Of a stretch of DNA of 64,000 nt, positions 13,065-25,081 are shown piece by piece. The translations under genes and the position numbers were made by a program. Position 1 is the stretch's first letter; every line of letters begins with the position of its first letter. Below the pieces are notes generated by a model, which made no database searches, was not told where the DNA came from, and saw only the letters and a program-made list of their open reading frames with translations. Source of the DNA: Eledone cirrhosa (lineage: Eukaryota); contig OZ024745.1 of the NCBI GenBank assembly GCA_964016885.1, positions 117,552,001 to 117,616,000 of the forward strand, in the 5' to 3' direction.

Positions 13065-13262
13065 ACAGTGTTGAGGTTATAACCCCAATAGTGAATAAAC
13101 AAATTAGCTTATAGATTTATTTCAACTTAGCTGGACATCATTCAGATTCAGTGCAATTTCAATCTCAAATATTCTCTGTTAGACTATCAGTCATTCTCAA
13201 GAATATCTCATTTAGTAAGTTGAGGAATTAATTGTGAAACAGTATAAAACATATGAATAAAT

Positions 13263-14135
13263 TTAACCCTTTCATTACCATATTTCTAATGTAAAACACT
13301 GCTTAGGATTTTCAAATAATTTTGAAAATAATCCAGAAATTGGAGGGATTTGTAATATAACTTTCTCGTTATTAAGCTGGTGTTTGGAACATAAGTTAAT
13401 GGTTCTTACATAAATTTATGATGGAAAATTTTTAGATAACTATAAGCACTTTAACCTTTTGGTTACCAACCCAGCCAAAACTGGCATTGGTTCTTTGAAA
13501 TAAAACCACCCATTTTAAAAATCTTCCAACATAATTTTATATAAGAAAGAACCTTATATTAAATTGCCATTTTAATGAAATAATTAATAAATGCATTCAT
13601 GAGTTTTATATTGAATAATAATATTTGATTCATTTGCAAACAAACAGCCTCATGAGGCTGTATTTTTGATGACCATTGCCATCCTTTTGTTCTAGCAGTG
13701 ACCCAGAGAAACAATCGACAATAATATTGTTTCTGGGTTGTTGCCTTTGTCAGGATTGTGTCTCTCTCCTGTCACACACTAGAACTCTTGAGAATATATA
13801 CTATTCTCTAAAGTATACATCGACTGATTAGCCTAATTTACATACCAAGCAATTTTACGTTTGGCTTTGCCAAAAATTAAAAAACAAATTTAGAATTTTG
13901 TTTTTGAATCAAATATTATTATTATTCAATATAAATCTCATGAATACATTTACACATCTGCTATGTTAGGGCAAAAGAAGAAATTCTAATTTTGAAATAA
14001 TTGATAATTTTAGTAAATTCTTCAATAAAATAGAGTGTATTTCGTTAGAAATGCAATTATGAAAAGGTTAAAACAAGCAATTTTATATTATAGAAGCAGG
14101 CACAGTTTCAGGTGGTTTGATATCAAAAGGGTTAA
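13263..14135. mobile_element. Three-layer nest: piggyBac-type MITE B > oppositely oriented MITE B (13451-14071) > TA-ended TIR element (13588-13952)
   Basis: Outer ends TTAACCCTTTC..AAAAGGGTTAA. The middle copy is bounded by duplicated TTAA. The inner element has ~50-bp inverted ends TAAATGCATTCATGAG / CTCATGAATACATTTA. Confidence 0.7.
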
Positions 14136-14211
14136 AATGTAACAAGTAAAATCTCAGTCTCTGTCATACAATATATATCAGTCAATATCAAGAATATATT
14201 ATTTAGTGATG

Positions 14212-14420
14212 GCGGTGGATTGGCAGAATCGGTAGAACGTCAGACAACATGCTTTGTGGCATATACTTATGGCTCTTTGCGTTCCAAGTTCAAATCCCAC
14301 CAAGGTTAGCTTTGCCTTTCATCCTTACGAGGTTGATGAAATAAAGCACCAATAATGCACTGGGGTCAATTTAACCAACTTGCCCCCCAAAATTGCTGGC
14401 CTTCGGCCTATAGTAGAAAC
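14212..14420 (+). mobile_element. Octopus-type tRNA-related SINE, full length
   Basis: 15-bp TSD TATTATTTAGTGATG (14197-14211, 14421-14435). Body GTTCAAATCCC..TTTGCCTTTCATCCTT..ATAAAGTACCAG. Confidence 0.9.
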
Positions 14421-14877
14421 TATTATTTAGTGATGTAGGTTTACTTATTAGTTTGCAAAGAAAAGTATGCAACACATAATAGAGCATATGAGTAAATTTA
14501 AAATGTAAGAATATAGTAATAATCTTATACTAAAAGCTATGCTATTGATTTATGATAAATATTGACTGATATGTAAATAATTTGACAAAGAGAGTTGTGG
14601 TTCTAATTGCATTAAAGCTGAATGAAACCCAACAAAGTTGAAATTGGATTTTAAATCCAAAAATTATATTATGCTCTAAGGTATGATATGTCATTTTTTC
14701 TTGTTCAATAAGTTTTTTTTTTCCAGGAGAAGACTTGCAGATTATTAGCATAATTGTGCACTTGAAAATCATCTTGTTCATTTTGTTATATGCTGTAGAC
14801 TATATAAAGCTACATATGTAAATACTAAAGAAAATTGACTAAGGTGTACAACAGGTTGTAAACAGTGATCCTGCTCT

Positions 14878-15107
14878 TAAACCTTTAGCATTTACATTAA
14901 TTTATATTTACTATCATATTTTCACAGTAAAGGCTTTACCTCACATAATTATCTCACATAATATCAAATCTATGAAATTTTGATATTATTTATTTTGAAA
15001 ACAATGCCTTAAAACATCAGTGTGAGTGGCTGGTTACAACTGGTTTGAACAGAAAGAAGTGGGAGAATTCTAGACGGATACGGCCGGTTTAAATGCCAAA
15101 GGGTTAA
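14878..15107. mobile_element. piggyBac-type MITE family A copy
   Basis: Same TIRs and body as 19447-19663. Confidence 0.8.
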
Positions 15108-16509
15108 ACTCATGTGAGATCTTTACTTGAATTTAGACTTTTTAAATTAAAATTGTGTCACTTTACCAATAAGAAAATAAGAGAGAAGAAGATAGAAATA
15201 AAGACACCTATGTGAAATCGTAGCAGTATTGATGTATAATTTGAAGAAAATATATTTCTCAATTTCTTCTTTGACAGATATTTTTTCATTCCACATGGGT
15301 ATTAAAGAATTGTTTTGTTGAAGTTTTTATATCTGAATGCTTTTCTCCTGCATATTATTCAACTACGAAGAAGGGAACCCCATTTTTGTCTTACAAATGA
15401 GAAGTAAAGTTATGTATTTTAGGTTCTACATACTTAATTATAAAGACTTCAACTATTTTTATACCAATTAAACTCATTATATTGATCTAAGGTTTGAAGC
15501 ATTTGTTCATAATCATTTTGTACATTGTCAGACTTCTCTAAAATTCCTTACAATATTACTTTCTAAAACACATGCATTCTTATGTAATAACTACTACATA
15601 TAATATATATCACTTATACTGGTTTATAAGTGGTACCTTTTTCCATGAAAATATATCATAAAAAAGCTAGCATGTGACTTATCTACTGGACTTAATCAGT
15701 TCAAAATATATGGTATATTATGCATGTGTGTAAAAGGGAGATGAAACCTGTACATAAATATATACTACACACACACATTGGGTTTGGTGCTTTTCAATAC
15801 TTTGCACAATAAACCTTTTCTAAATAGCTAAAATATACCATTTATAGTGCAAATATTATATTATTTTGGTGTCCACACCTTCTGTCAATGAGGATCTAAC
15901 AATTTGGTGATATTAAAGAATACTTAACAGCAAGCTTTTCTTTTCTCAAGGAATAACCTCTTTCCCACTTATCTTGGAGAACAAGGATCCAGAAACCATA
16001 TATTCCTTGTCTTACTATACTTAGTTGTATTTTCTTTAAAGCCTAAAAATTCATTCTATTACCATTAATTCTATTAAAACCTAATTGTTTTTGACACTTT
16101 ACAAGGTCTAAATATGTTCCATGAAGGAGTTAATTTCTTGTGTCTATTATAATATTGCCTCTGGATTATTAGTATCATTAGATACTGTTTAGATGAAAAA
16201 AAGTGACAAATTCTCTTGCTTAAATGTTATATGTTACCTTCCTTTTTTATTCCAGCTCTGTTTTCCCCTTGTTTAAAACTGCCCAATGAGCTCCTTTCTA
16301 CTTTTTACCTAAATACATGATCATTCTTTGTTTTGGATCTATACTAAATGTTCTCTGTAATTTCCCCTGAGAAAAAAACTTGAAATAGGTAATAATGGTA
16401 ATAGGTATTTGTGTGTGTGTGTGTACATTATTATCATCTTAAGAATCATTTTAACATCCATTTTTCCCTTTTCCATGTGTTATAGGAGTTTATACGTTAT
16501 AGCATATCA

Positions 16510-17050
16510 CCATTCACAGAAAAGATCCATAGAAGTGGTTAATAGTTTCCGATGTCTAGGTGATTTAATTAGCAGCAGAGGAGAGTGCTCTAAGAGCATA
16601 ATAGTTAGAATAAGGATAGTATGGAAAAAGTTGAGAGAGCTGCTTCCTCTGTTGACAACAAAAGGACATCTGTGTGTGAAGTATGATGCTGCATGGTAGT
16701 GAAACATGGGCTGTAACTGCAGAGGACATGCATAGACTGGAGAGAAATGAAGTAACCATGCTTTGTTGGATGTGCAATGTAAATGTGAGAAAAGGGAAGA
16801 GTTTGGAAGAACTGACAGAGAAGTTGGATTTAAGAGGAATCCAAGGTGATGCGCAAGGACGATGATTGCTGGGTGAAGAAGTGGAAGGTAGCCACTGTAG
16901 AGGTAGGCAGAAGTGGTGAGAGCTGATCTCAAATTGCTGAGACTAGCAGAGGAGATGACAAAAGAACGCGATGAGTGGAGAGATGTTGTGCTGAGAAGGA
17001 CCTGTCTGACACATGCAAGTGTAGAAAAATGGACATAAAAATGATGATAT
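16510..17050 (+). mobile_element. RTE LINE 3' fragment
   Basis: SIEVVNSFRCLGDLISS..WKKLRELLPLLTTKG and MLHGSETWAVTAEDMHRLERNE. Ends in ATGGACATAAAAATGATGAT. Confidence 0.9.
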
Positions 17051-17900
17051 ACTAATAAATTTATGAACATACAGCCACTTACACATTTGCTTAATGAAAA
17101 TTTGCAGAGTCTTCAAACACTCCTTCCAGCGAGTCCTGTCAGAAGCCACCATTTCCAACTGATCTCGTTGAATCCCCAAGCGAGACCAGCCGAGCTCATG
17201 GATGTTATCCAACCATCTTGCTCAGGTTCCCCTGGGTCTCCTGCCTGTTGGGTTTTCCCAGATATTTTAACCACATGTCCTTATTTCATCTTAATATAGT
17301 AATTGATAAGCTTTGTGATTTAAATACTCTGAACTTGAAATATACCTGTCAGGTAAATTGGTAAAATTGGGCAATTATTTTTCTGTAACTTATTTTCCTT
17401 TCTCAAACAAATAATTATTGGAATATTTTGAAACCTTTGTATTTAAAAAGTTAGAAAATTCTTTTCTTTTGTTTCATCTTTTGCCTTTAACATTGTTATT
17501 TCTTACTAATTAGAAGAGCTGATATTAGTGGTTTTATTTTGGAAAAAGTATCAATAGGCTTTACTAGCTGTTTTGATGTTTATTATATTTCTCTTTGTAT
17601 AATTTTCACAGCTCCATTATGCACATTTTGTAGTCTATTTTAGAAATGTCACTTGATTTGTGTATGAAGCACTTTTCTTTGAATTTCCAATTTTAATATT
17701 TGTATTTGTATTTATGATTATTTCAGGCAGATTTTGGTCTATTTAATGTAAATATGCATGTTACCAATTATGCTAATTTGTTAACAGAAATTTGTATATA
17801 ATAATGATGTCTGCAAAATATGTCACAAGTATAAAAATGGTTTATTTTGTTTATTACTCAGGAAGATTTATTCTTTAAACAGTTGCAAAAATATATGAAC

Positions 17901-18249
17901 TATTCTCGGGTCTCAAATAATAGATATGGTTGGAATAAATAGGATAGGGGTTGGAAAATCTGTAATTTTTCTAGGTTGTCTCCGTTGATTTTTTTAAAAA
18001 CCAGAATTAGTCGTTTTGTTTACACATTTCAAGCCCAACCCATTCTATTTATTTTATAATGTATATGTAATATTCTTTTTTTTTCATGTATGTCTTTTAA
18101 TGTCTAAAGAACATTAATTATCGCAGGAATGCTACCACTTAAAATAAAATGTTGCTGAAGATAGCTTAGCAAAATTTAATAAGTGGGGAGTGGGGGAGAA
18201 TCTGAAAAATTAATAAGCTGGAGAGACGATTATTTGAGACCCAAGAATA
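17901..18249. mobile_element. TA-flanked MITE (same family as 12305-12614)
   Basis: TATTCTCGGGTCTCAAATAA...TTATTTGAGACCCAAGAATA. Confidence 0.8.
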
Positions 18250-18378
18250 CCTGCTATAGATTTGCGCTTAGATTTATACATATTTTAGAAATTAGATTTT
18301 GTAAATGTTATTTTATTCAACTTATAAATGTTAAGTTAATTTATAATTAAGAATTTAAAATGTAAGTTTTAATGTATA

Positions 18379-18492
18379 CTAGACCACCCATGACCCATTG
18401 GGTCACATTCACTTAAAAATAATTTTTAAATAATTAAAATATACACAGACATGTATATAATGTAAAATGAAATTGGAAGGCCCATAAATATA

Positions 18493-18532
<40 letters not shown>

Positions 18533-18871
18533 GGTGTCTGTGACCTATATACACCGGTCACAGGCACACACATATATACATATATATACACACACACACA
18601 CTCTTAGAAATTGTTTCTTTGAAGTCACCAGTTATAATTTCATTCAACAACACCACCATCTCTCTCTCTCTATTTATGAAGGTACCCGGAAAAACCCCGT
18701 ATCTCGGAAACCCGTGCTCCGATTTACGCGAAACTTGTTTTATTCCATTTGTATTCCCATTTCAGGGTCAACTTCCTTTCAAAGTATTTTCCCATTATGC
18801 ACCCTTTTGGCTATATTACATTACAGGCAAGCAAGCAAGCAAGCAATCCCAGACTTTGAGTAATATATAGA
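18379..18871 (-). mobile_element. Non-autonomous Helitron
   Basis: Minus strand starts TC(TATATATT) after an A. It ends with hairpin TGACCCAATGGGTCA 8 nt before CTAG, followed by T (A|T target, no TSD). Internal (TA)n, (CA)n and (GCAA)n tracts. Confidence 0.75.
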
Positions 18872-19109
18872 TAAATATATATATCAAACCAAATGTATTT
18901 TGTTTTGTGCAAAATATAAATTTTAGATTATAAAATTATTAGAAATAAATGTAGGGTGAAAGTGAGTGTTAGTATAAAATGGACATATTTGTAAATAACC
19001 ACCTCCTTTTGGATGCTGAGTTTTCATCATTTGTAAGTGACCAACAGTATCTATTGTTCCAGATCAAATGAAATCTGTTATCTTCTGTTAAACATCAGCA
19101 CACCTTTAT

Positions 19110-19305
19110 GATAATAATAATGAAATTATTGTGTACAGTGCTCAGGTGCACTACAAGTCATCAAAGGTGATTTTATAGTACATAGAATAATGTACAAATC
19201 TCAGGGAAGTGAAGTGTATGGAGGGGGAATATCAGGTGTGGTGTTGGCGAATTTCGAGAAGCATAGAGGTTTTGAAGGATGCAATGTCCCGACAGCTAAC
19301 AACCT
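19110..19305 (-). mobile_element. 3' end of CR1/L2-type LINE (same family as 37090-38620)
   Basis: ATAATAATGAAATTATTGTGTA..GTGCTCAGGTGCACTACAA matches 37117-37340. Confidence 0.85.
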
Positions 19306-19320
19306 TTGCTTTTGAAAACT

Positions 19321-19766
19321 TTAACTTTTTTCTTACCAAACTACCTGAAACCTCCCCTGTTTCTAATATACAAAATTGTTTATTTTAAAGTGTTTATATT
19401 TATCTTAAAACCTTCCATTGTAATTTTATGTAAGAACCTTTTTTAACCCTTTAGCAATTACATTACTCTATATTTACCATTGTATTTTCACAGTAAAGGT
19501 TTTACCTCACATAGTTATCTCATATAATATTGAATCTACAAGATTTTGTTATTTATTTTGAGAACAATACCTTAACATCGGTATGAGTGGCTGGTTACAG
19601 CTGGTTTGAACAGAAAGAGGTGAGAGAATCTGGCCAGATATGGCCGGTTTAAATGCTAAAGGGTTAATTTATATTAACTAAATCCCTCCAAATTCTAGAT
19701 TATTTTCAAAATCATGAAAATTATAATCAGTGTTTCACATTAGAAATATGGTAATGGAAGGGTTAA
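19321..19766. mobile_element. piggyBac-type MITE B with MITE A (19447-19663) inserted at a TTAA
   Basis: TTAA duplicated at 19443-19446 and 19664-19667. Outer end TAGAAATATGGTAATGGAAGGGTTAA. Confidence 0.75.
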
Positions 19767-20619
19767 GGAAAGTGCTGTTAATATCCTTAACACGAGTCAG
19801 GCCTTTAATTCTGTTTAGGGTGAAAGGGTACTAGCAAAGACTACTCATTTGTAGAAAGTGACAAAGTCTCCTGTTTTACAGCAATTTTTTTCACTTTTAA
19901 TACTTCAACAATTTATACAACAAATATATTACGTGTGTATGAAAGTTATCTATATTTATTTTACTCCTTTGTTCTTGAAAGAAAATTCTTTCTAATTATC
20001 ATTTATAATTCTTTTATATTTCAACTCATTTTGTGGGGTGGGGGTGGGGTCTCATTTGTAATCATATTTATGTCTCTTAAACTTTATCTTTATTTTTTCT
20101 CTATTCCAGTATATTATATATAAAATGTCTCTATATAGACAACATTATTGTTTATAAGATACAAAACTATTCAAATGATATAAACATTTTTCAGTTTCTC
20201 TATCATTCCTATCATTTCTTTTGTCATATAGCAAAACATTTAGTTTTTATAATGTACATAAAGTTCAAAATATTTCAACTGATTAATTTCTTGGAAATGT
20301 AGCATATTAAATCTTACAAACATGACTATAAAATTTGGTGCTAGACAATGTTATAGATTAAGTCTATCACTCAAAAAACAGGAACAATCTCTCAAATGGG
20401 CCTATGTATAGTCTCTGTATACACAATTTCACTCAGAGAGCTTCCGTCAACCTGAGGCTAACTCCTTAGACACAAAGCCATTTACTTATATATATATATA
20501 ATTCCAGAGTCAAGCCAGATCAATACAGATCGAACCTTGATCTGATCAGTAGCGAAACACGCATCACCAACCAATAAATGTAATGAAGGAGTAACCTTAT
20601 ATTATTATATTACACTCTG

Positions 20620-20803
20620 GACGGTGAATTGGCAGTATCGGTAGAGGGCTGGACGCCATGCTTTCTAGCATAGTAACGTCCCTTTACGGTCTGAGTTCAA
20701 ATCCCGTCGAGGTTAACTTTGCCTTTCATCCTTACGGGGTCGATAAAATAAAGTACCAGTAATGTACTGGGTAATTGCTGGCCTTGCACCATAAGTAGAA
20801 ACA
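20620..20803 (+). mobile_element. Octopus-type SINE inserted into a GC-richer element (20500-20870)
   Basis: Perfect 16-bp TSD ATTATATTACACTCTG (20604-20619, 20804-20819). Confidence 0.9.
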
Positions 20804-20908
20804 ATTATATTACACTCTGTCTAGCTCTACACCTCGATACTGACATGAACCTAAACATCGAGTGCTCACCTGGGTGAACCTACAGTAACTCTGCGTTACA
20901 CTCCCTGG

Positions 20909-20944
<36 letters not shown>

Positions 20945-21413
20945 CATCATCATCATCATTTTACGTCCGCTTTTCCCTGCTTGCAAGGGTGGGACGGGAA
21001 CTGATTCTGGCTTGATTTCTACAGCTGGATGCCCTTCCTAACACCAACCCCATTTACAGTGAGTGCTGGGTGCTTTTTTGCCATGGCACCTCCATGACCA
21101 CTTTGCAGTGGAATGATATGGACCCCAGTCCCTATCATCTCATTTCTACAGCTGAGTAAACTGGAGCAATGTGAAATAAAGTGTCTTGCTCAAGGAAACA
21201 ACACATCACCCGGTCTGAGAATTGAACTCACAACCTTTCGATTGCAAGGCCAATGCTCTAACCACTAAGCCATGTGCCTCCATATACATATCAAAACCTA
21301 TAGTTTAAAAAAATTCAGAATATATCCATACTTATTTATATAAAACTAATATTAATATCAGTTTTATTACTTTATTCAATTTTTTTTTACACACACACAT
21401 ATATATTTATAAA

Positions 21414-21588
21414 AGGTGTAGGAAGCTTAAGCATATTAAAATGACTGCAAGTACAGTCAATTGCTGTAAAATAGTGCAGCCACTGGCAACTTCTTTTTCC
21501 GTGTCTAAAGGTCTTCTATTTTTATAAGCTATTTTATAGCAACTGACTTTATTTGCAGTTATTTCCTATGTTTGAGCTTCCGACATCT
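21414..21588. repeat. Degenerate inverted repeat, ~60-bp arms (old MITE)
   Basis: AGGTGTAGGAAGCTTAAGCATA..GCTGTAAAATAG versus CTATTTTATAGC..TATGTTTGAGCTTCCGACATCT. Confidence 0.7.
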
Positions 21589-21667
21589 GTAAACTTATTC
21601 CCTCAGCGTTTCAGAAATATGAAAGTTCAAGCTTCGTACATGAAGTTTGTATAGATAGGTAGATATG

Positions 21668-22215
21668 TTTCTTTATTAGCCACAGGGGCACAAAAGAAGG
21701 GGACAAATACAAAGGGGGAAGTTTACATACAATAAAAACGTGTAAAATATCACAAATGCAATTTAAAAATTAGTCGATTTTCCCCAATAGGGGGAGACAG
21801 TTCATATGGGTAACACAAACCCCCGAAAAAATGTGCAACCCTCATCTCCAGGAGTACGAAGAGTTTGTACTCCTTTCCTCTCCTCCTCCTTTTCCTCAAC
21901 CTACAGGCTGATATAGAGAGAAGGCCCATTCACTCGGGCCATTCTCACCACTTTCACCCACCTTTCATAAAACTTGCTGGGGTACAGCACATCTCTCTCC
22001 ATCCTGATTCTTCTTCCAAAGTGGTATTTGAAAAAAAGAATCAGTTGTTGGCCGGAGAGAAAGGTGTCTGACCTCAGCCCTTTTAACCTTGTCCACCATA
22101 CAACCTCTTTCGCCATAGCTATCACACAAAGGAAAACTGCCTCTCCTTCGTTTTTGAAGGAGGGTGGCGGTTTGATAGATAGATAGACAGATATGGTGGT
22201 GGTGGCGACAAACAC
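21668..22215 (-). mobile_element. Tx1/L1-type LINE 3' fragment
   Basis: AVFLCVIAMAKEVVWWTRLKG..LILFFKYHFGRRIRMER, homologous to 35376-35633. Confidence 0.8.
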
Positions 22216-22453
22216 TAATTTTTTTTTAATCTTGCATCTTTATGGAAAGATGGTAAGAGTGTGAGAGAGAGAGAAAGAGAACTAATAGACGTACTTTTTA
22301 AAACTTCAGTCATACTCAGGCAAGGGGGTGGTAAGAGTGTGAGTGAGTGAGTGGGGGGGGGGCAGTGGTGTAGACATTTTTTCTTTTTTAAACCTGCATT
22401 ATAAATGAGGAAAATATTCCATTTTAGTAATTATTTGTTAGTATATTGTGTGT

Positions 22454-22456
<3 letters not shown>

Positions 22457-22519
<63 letters not shown>
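22457..22519. repeat. (TA)n microsatellite
   Basis: Seen directly. Confidence 0.95.
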
Positions 22520-22529
<10 letters not shown>

Positions 22530-22890
22530 TATGTGTGTGTGTATATATACACAGACATATATAACATTTTAAAATATATATGTATATATGTCTTCTTATT
22601 CACCCTTTTATTCCTGAGAGGGCCGTAGGAGCATAGTCCCCCAGCGGGTCCTGTCAAAAGCAACCATTTCCAACTGATCCGGCTGGATCCCAAAGGTAGA
22701 CCAGCCAAGCTCATAGATGTTATCCAACCATCTTGCTTGGGGTCTACCCCTTGGTCTCCTGGCAGTTGGTTTTACTTGTAAAATCTGTCCAGCAATTCTT
22801 TGCTGAGACATTCTGATATTCAATTGGGAGTAACCACAGTTAGTAAGATACTCATTACATAGCAGAGTATAGATATTTAATATAGAAATG

Positions 22891-22939
22891 GCTTCTACAG
22901 TAGTAGAACTGTTTCATTCAGGAGAAATCATCAGGAAGC
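22891..22939 (-). ncRNA. Minimal type I hammerhead ribozyme motif (Penelope-like)
   Basis: Minus strand GCUUC-CUGAUGA-U(UUC UCCU GAA)U-GAAA-CAGU UCUACU ACUG-UA-GAAGC. Stem I has 5 bp, the core is intact, stem III has 4 bp and the cleavage triplet is GUA. Stem II is closed by a non-canonical U-U. Confidence 0.7.
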
Positions 22940-22940
22940 T

Positions 22941-22989
22941 GCTTCCTGATGATTTCTCCTGAATGAAAAAGTTCTAGTCCTGTAGAAGC
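22941..22989 (+). ncRNA. Second, inverted hammerhead copy with damaged stem III
   Basis: GCTTC-CTGATGA-TTTCTCCTGAAT-GAAA-AAGTTCTAGTCCTG-TA-GAAGC. Three substitutions relative to the other arm. Confidence 0.6.
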
Positions 22990-22995
22990 CATTTC

Positions 22996-23028
<33 letters not shown>

Positions 23029-23589
23029 ACACATAAAATGCCATATTAATTGTTAACACTTGATAGTGTTTTCTAATTAAATTGTGGTATTTCCATAGCA
23101 CCTACTAGTATATAATCAACAGTACTATTACAACTTATATTTGTCTGCATACACTAAAACTTAAAACAATTTTTTAACAATAACGTTGTTGCTTACAAGT
23201 TTCCAATGGGCCAATCACTGGGTCTCTGCATTTGTGTGAAGTCACGTGACTTAGTGCTTGGAGTGTAAGACTCGTGATGATGGGATCAATTCCTGAAGTG
23301 GGTAGCTCCTTCTGTTAGGAGTTGCGGCTGGCAGGTAGTATCAGCTATCAAAAAACCAATGGAAACATTGCTTCTTTGGTTTGATTTGACAATCAGCATT
23401 TATGATGGCCAGAATGACAAAGGAGCATATTTACTACTCAAGCAGAACAAAATACTGCAGGGTATTTTTGTTTAAAAGCACTGGTTTATTGCTTTGCCTG
23501 GTGATGTTTACCTCTTTTGCCAATATACATAAACTACAGGCTTCCACACAATTTCTGCCTACCAAGCTCCACATACATAGCATCCATAT

Positions 23590-23860
23590 AGTATGATCAA
23601 ACTTGGCACCACATGGTTTTGCTCAGTCGTTCCTCTTTTCCCACCATGCCTAAACGGCTTTCTTGTTTTCTGTCTTCATTTTCGTTTTTTTTCATGTATT
23701 TACTGGACATTCTTTCTGTTTCTCCATTGTGATCCTGTCTCTGTTTTGTACTCCTGAAGAAGGGCTTAAGCCCGACACGTCAAACTTTCTTTCCTCTTTT
23801 CAATATAAAGCATGAAACTAATAAAACTTTTTGTACCTCTGTCTGTTGTCTCCTTCAACT
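23590..23860 (+). mobile_element. Penelope-like terminal repeat remnant with mutated hammerhead
   Basis: CTGAAGA-A-GGGC-TTAA-GCCC-GACA(GAAA mutated)-CG-TC at 23754-23781, followed by a T/C-rich tract and AATAAA. Boundaries are approximate. Confidence 0.55.
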
Positions 23861-23929
23861 ATATATATATAATTTTGATCTTTTTTTTTTATTAATGTCT
23901 ATAATAATTACCACTCTACTTTGTTACAG

Positions 23930-24048
23930 GGCATCATGAATAAACAAGAAGTGTATCACCGAAGATCAACATTACCGGCTGGTAAACTATTAAGACGTGT
24001 AAGTTCTTTTGAAAAGGATCAGTACCCATATGAAGACTCAAATGACAA
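23930..24048 (+). CDS. Internal coding exon (GIMNKQEVYHRRSTLPAGKLLRRVSSFEKDQYPYEDSND[K])
   Basis: Acceptor ctactttgttacAG and donor GTaagt. Phase 0 in, phase 2 out, joining in frame with 2433-2516 and 26261-26344. Confidence 0.8.
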
Positions 24049-24649
24049 GTAAGTGAAAAGATTAGTAACCTCCAATCCAATCCAGGACCTTCTCACTCCT
24101 GTTGGAGGAACCCTTCCCTGTTTGACTTCCACCACTTTCTGTTTGGTTTTGGTTATGTCAGGGGTGTAGCCATACTCACCATGCTTGACCAATTGCAGAT
24201 TGGTGAGGCTATTTAACCCATAGTTAAAATGAATGGGCATTGCTCTGAGGAGTTCATCCACCCTTCTAACAACTCTTGTTTTTTTTTTTGTGCTGCTGGG
24301 GTTCCACTTACTCTCCTCACCAGACCAGGGTCTGGAAGGGGAGCCAGTTTAGGGTTACTTGTGTGTGTGTCCCTTTTATCTGTATGCTCTCTGCGTTTTT
24401 TTTTCTCTTTTTTTCTCTCCTTTTTTACTTCCCCAATAACTTACAAAAGTTATTGATGCACTGGAGAGATATATTGTCTTTAATCCATTGAAATGTCCAA
24501 GACCTCCAAGATAAAACTGAAGACGGGACTTGTCCCTTGTTTGTGCTTTCCTTTTATTTCTAAATATAATATATATATATATCATCAATCTGATTAAGAC
24601 ACATACTTCAATGGTTATGAGACTGAGTAATAGCCATCATCATCATAAT

Positions 24650-24930
24650 TTTACACTTACTTGGGTTGAACAGATCCTTTCCAGTATAGCCTCCCTCTAC
24701 CTGTTGTGTTCCTTCATCATCTCCTCTGTGAGGTTCATCATTTGGAGATCAGCTCTAACCACCTCTGCATAGGTTTTTCTTGATCTTCCCTCTGCTTCAG
24801 CTTCTTTCTACTGGCATTACCTGCCACTTCTTCATCTAGTGTTCATCATCCAAACCAGCATGATCTTCTCTCTTGCACACTACATCTTATTCCTCTTATA
24901 CCTAGTTATTTATTCCATTTCAGTCATTAA
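24650..24930 (-). mobile_element. RTE LINE 3' fragment
   Basis: Homologous to 16800-17050 and 44700-45010. Confidence 0.75.
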
Positions 24931-25050
24931 CTGCCTACCTACAAATATATACTCAACGTAATGTATTTAGGACACTTATATTTTGTTTTTACACATACAT
25001 GTGTGTGTATGTGTATGCGTATGTATGTGTACATATATATACACACACAC

Positions 25051-25081
<31 letters not shown>

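Noticed and set aside
20520-20570. CTGATCAGTAGCGAAACACGCATC as a hammerhead
   Set aside because: The core is mutated (CUGAUCA) and stems could not be formed convincingly; at most a decayed Penelope-like end.
22424-22714. ORFs with IYIYIY runs, and the other short ORFs in the track
   Set aside because: Translations of microsatellites, antisense TE fragments or random AT-rich sequence, with no protein signal.
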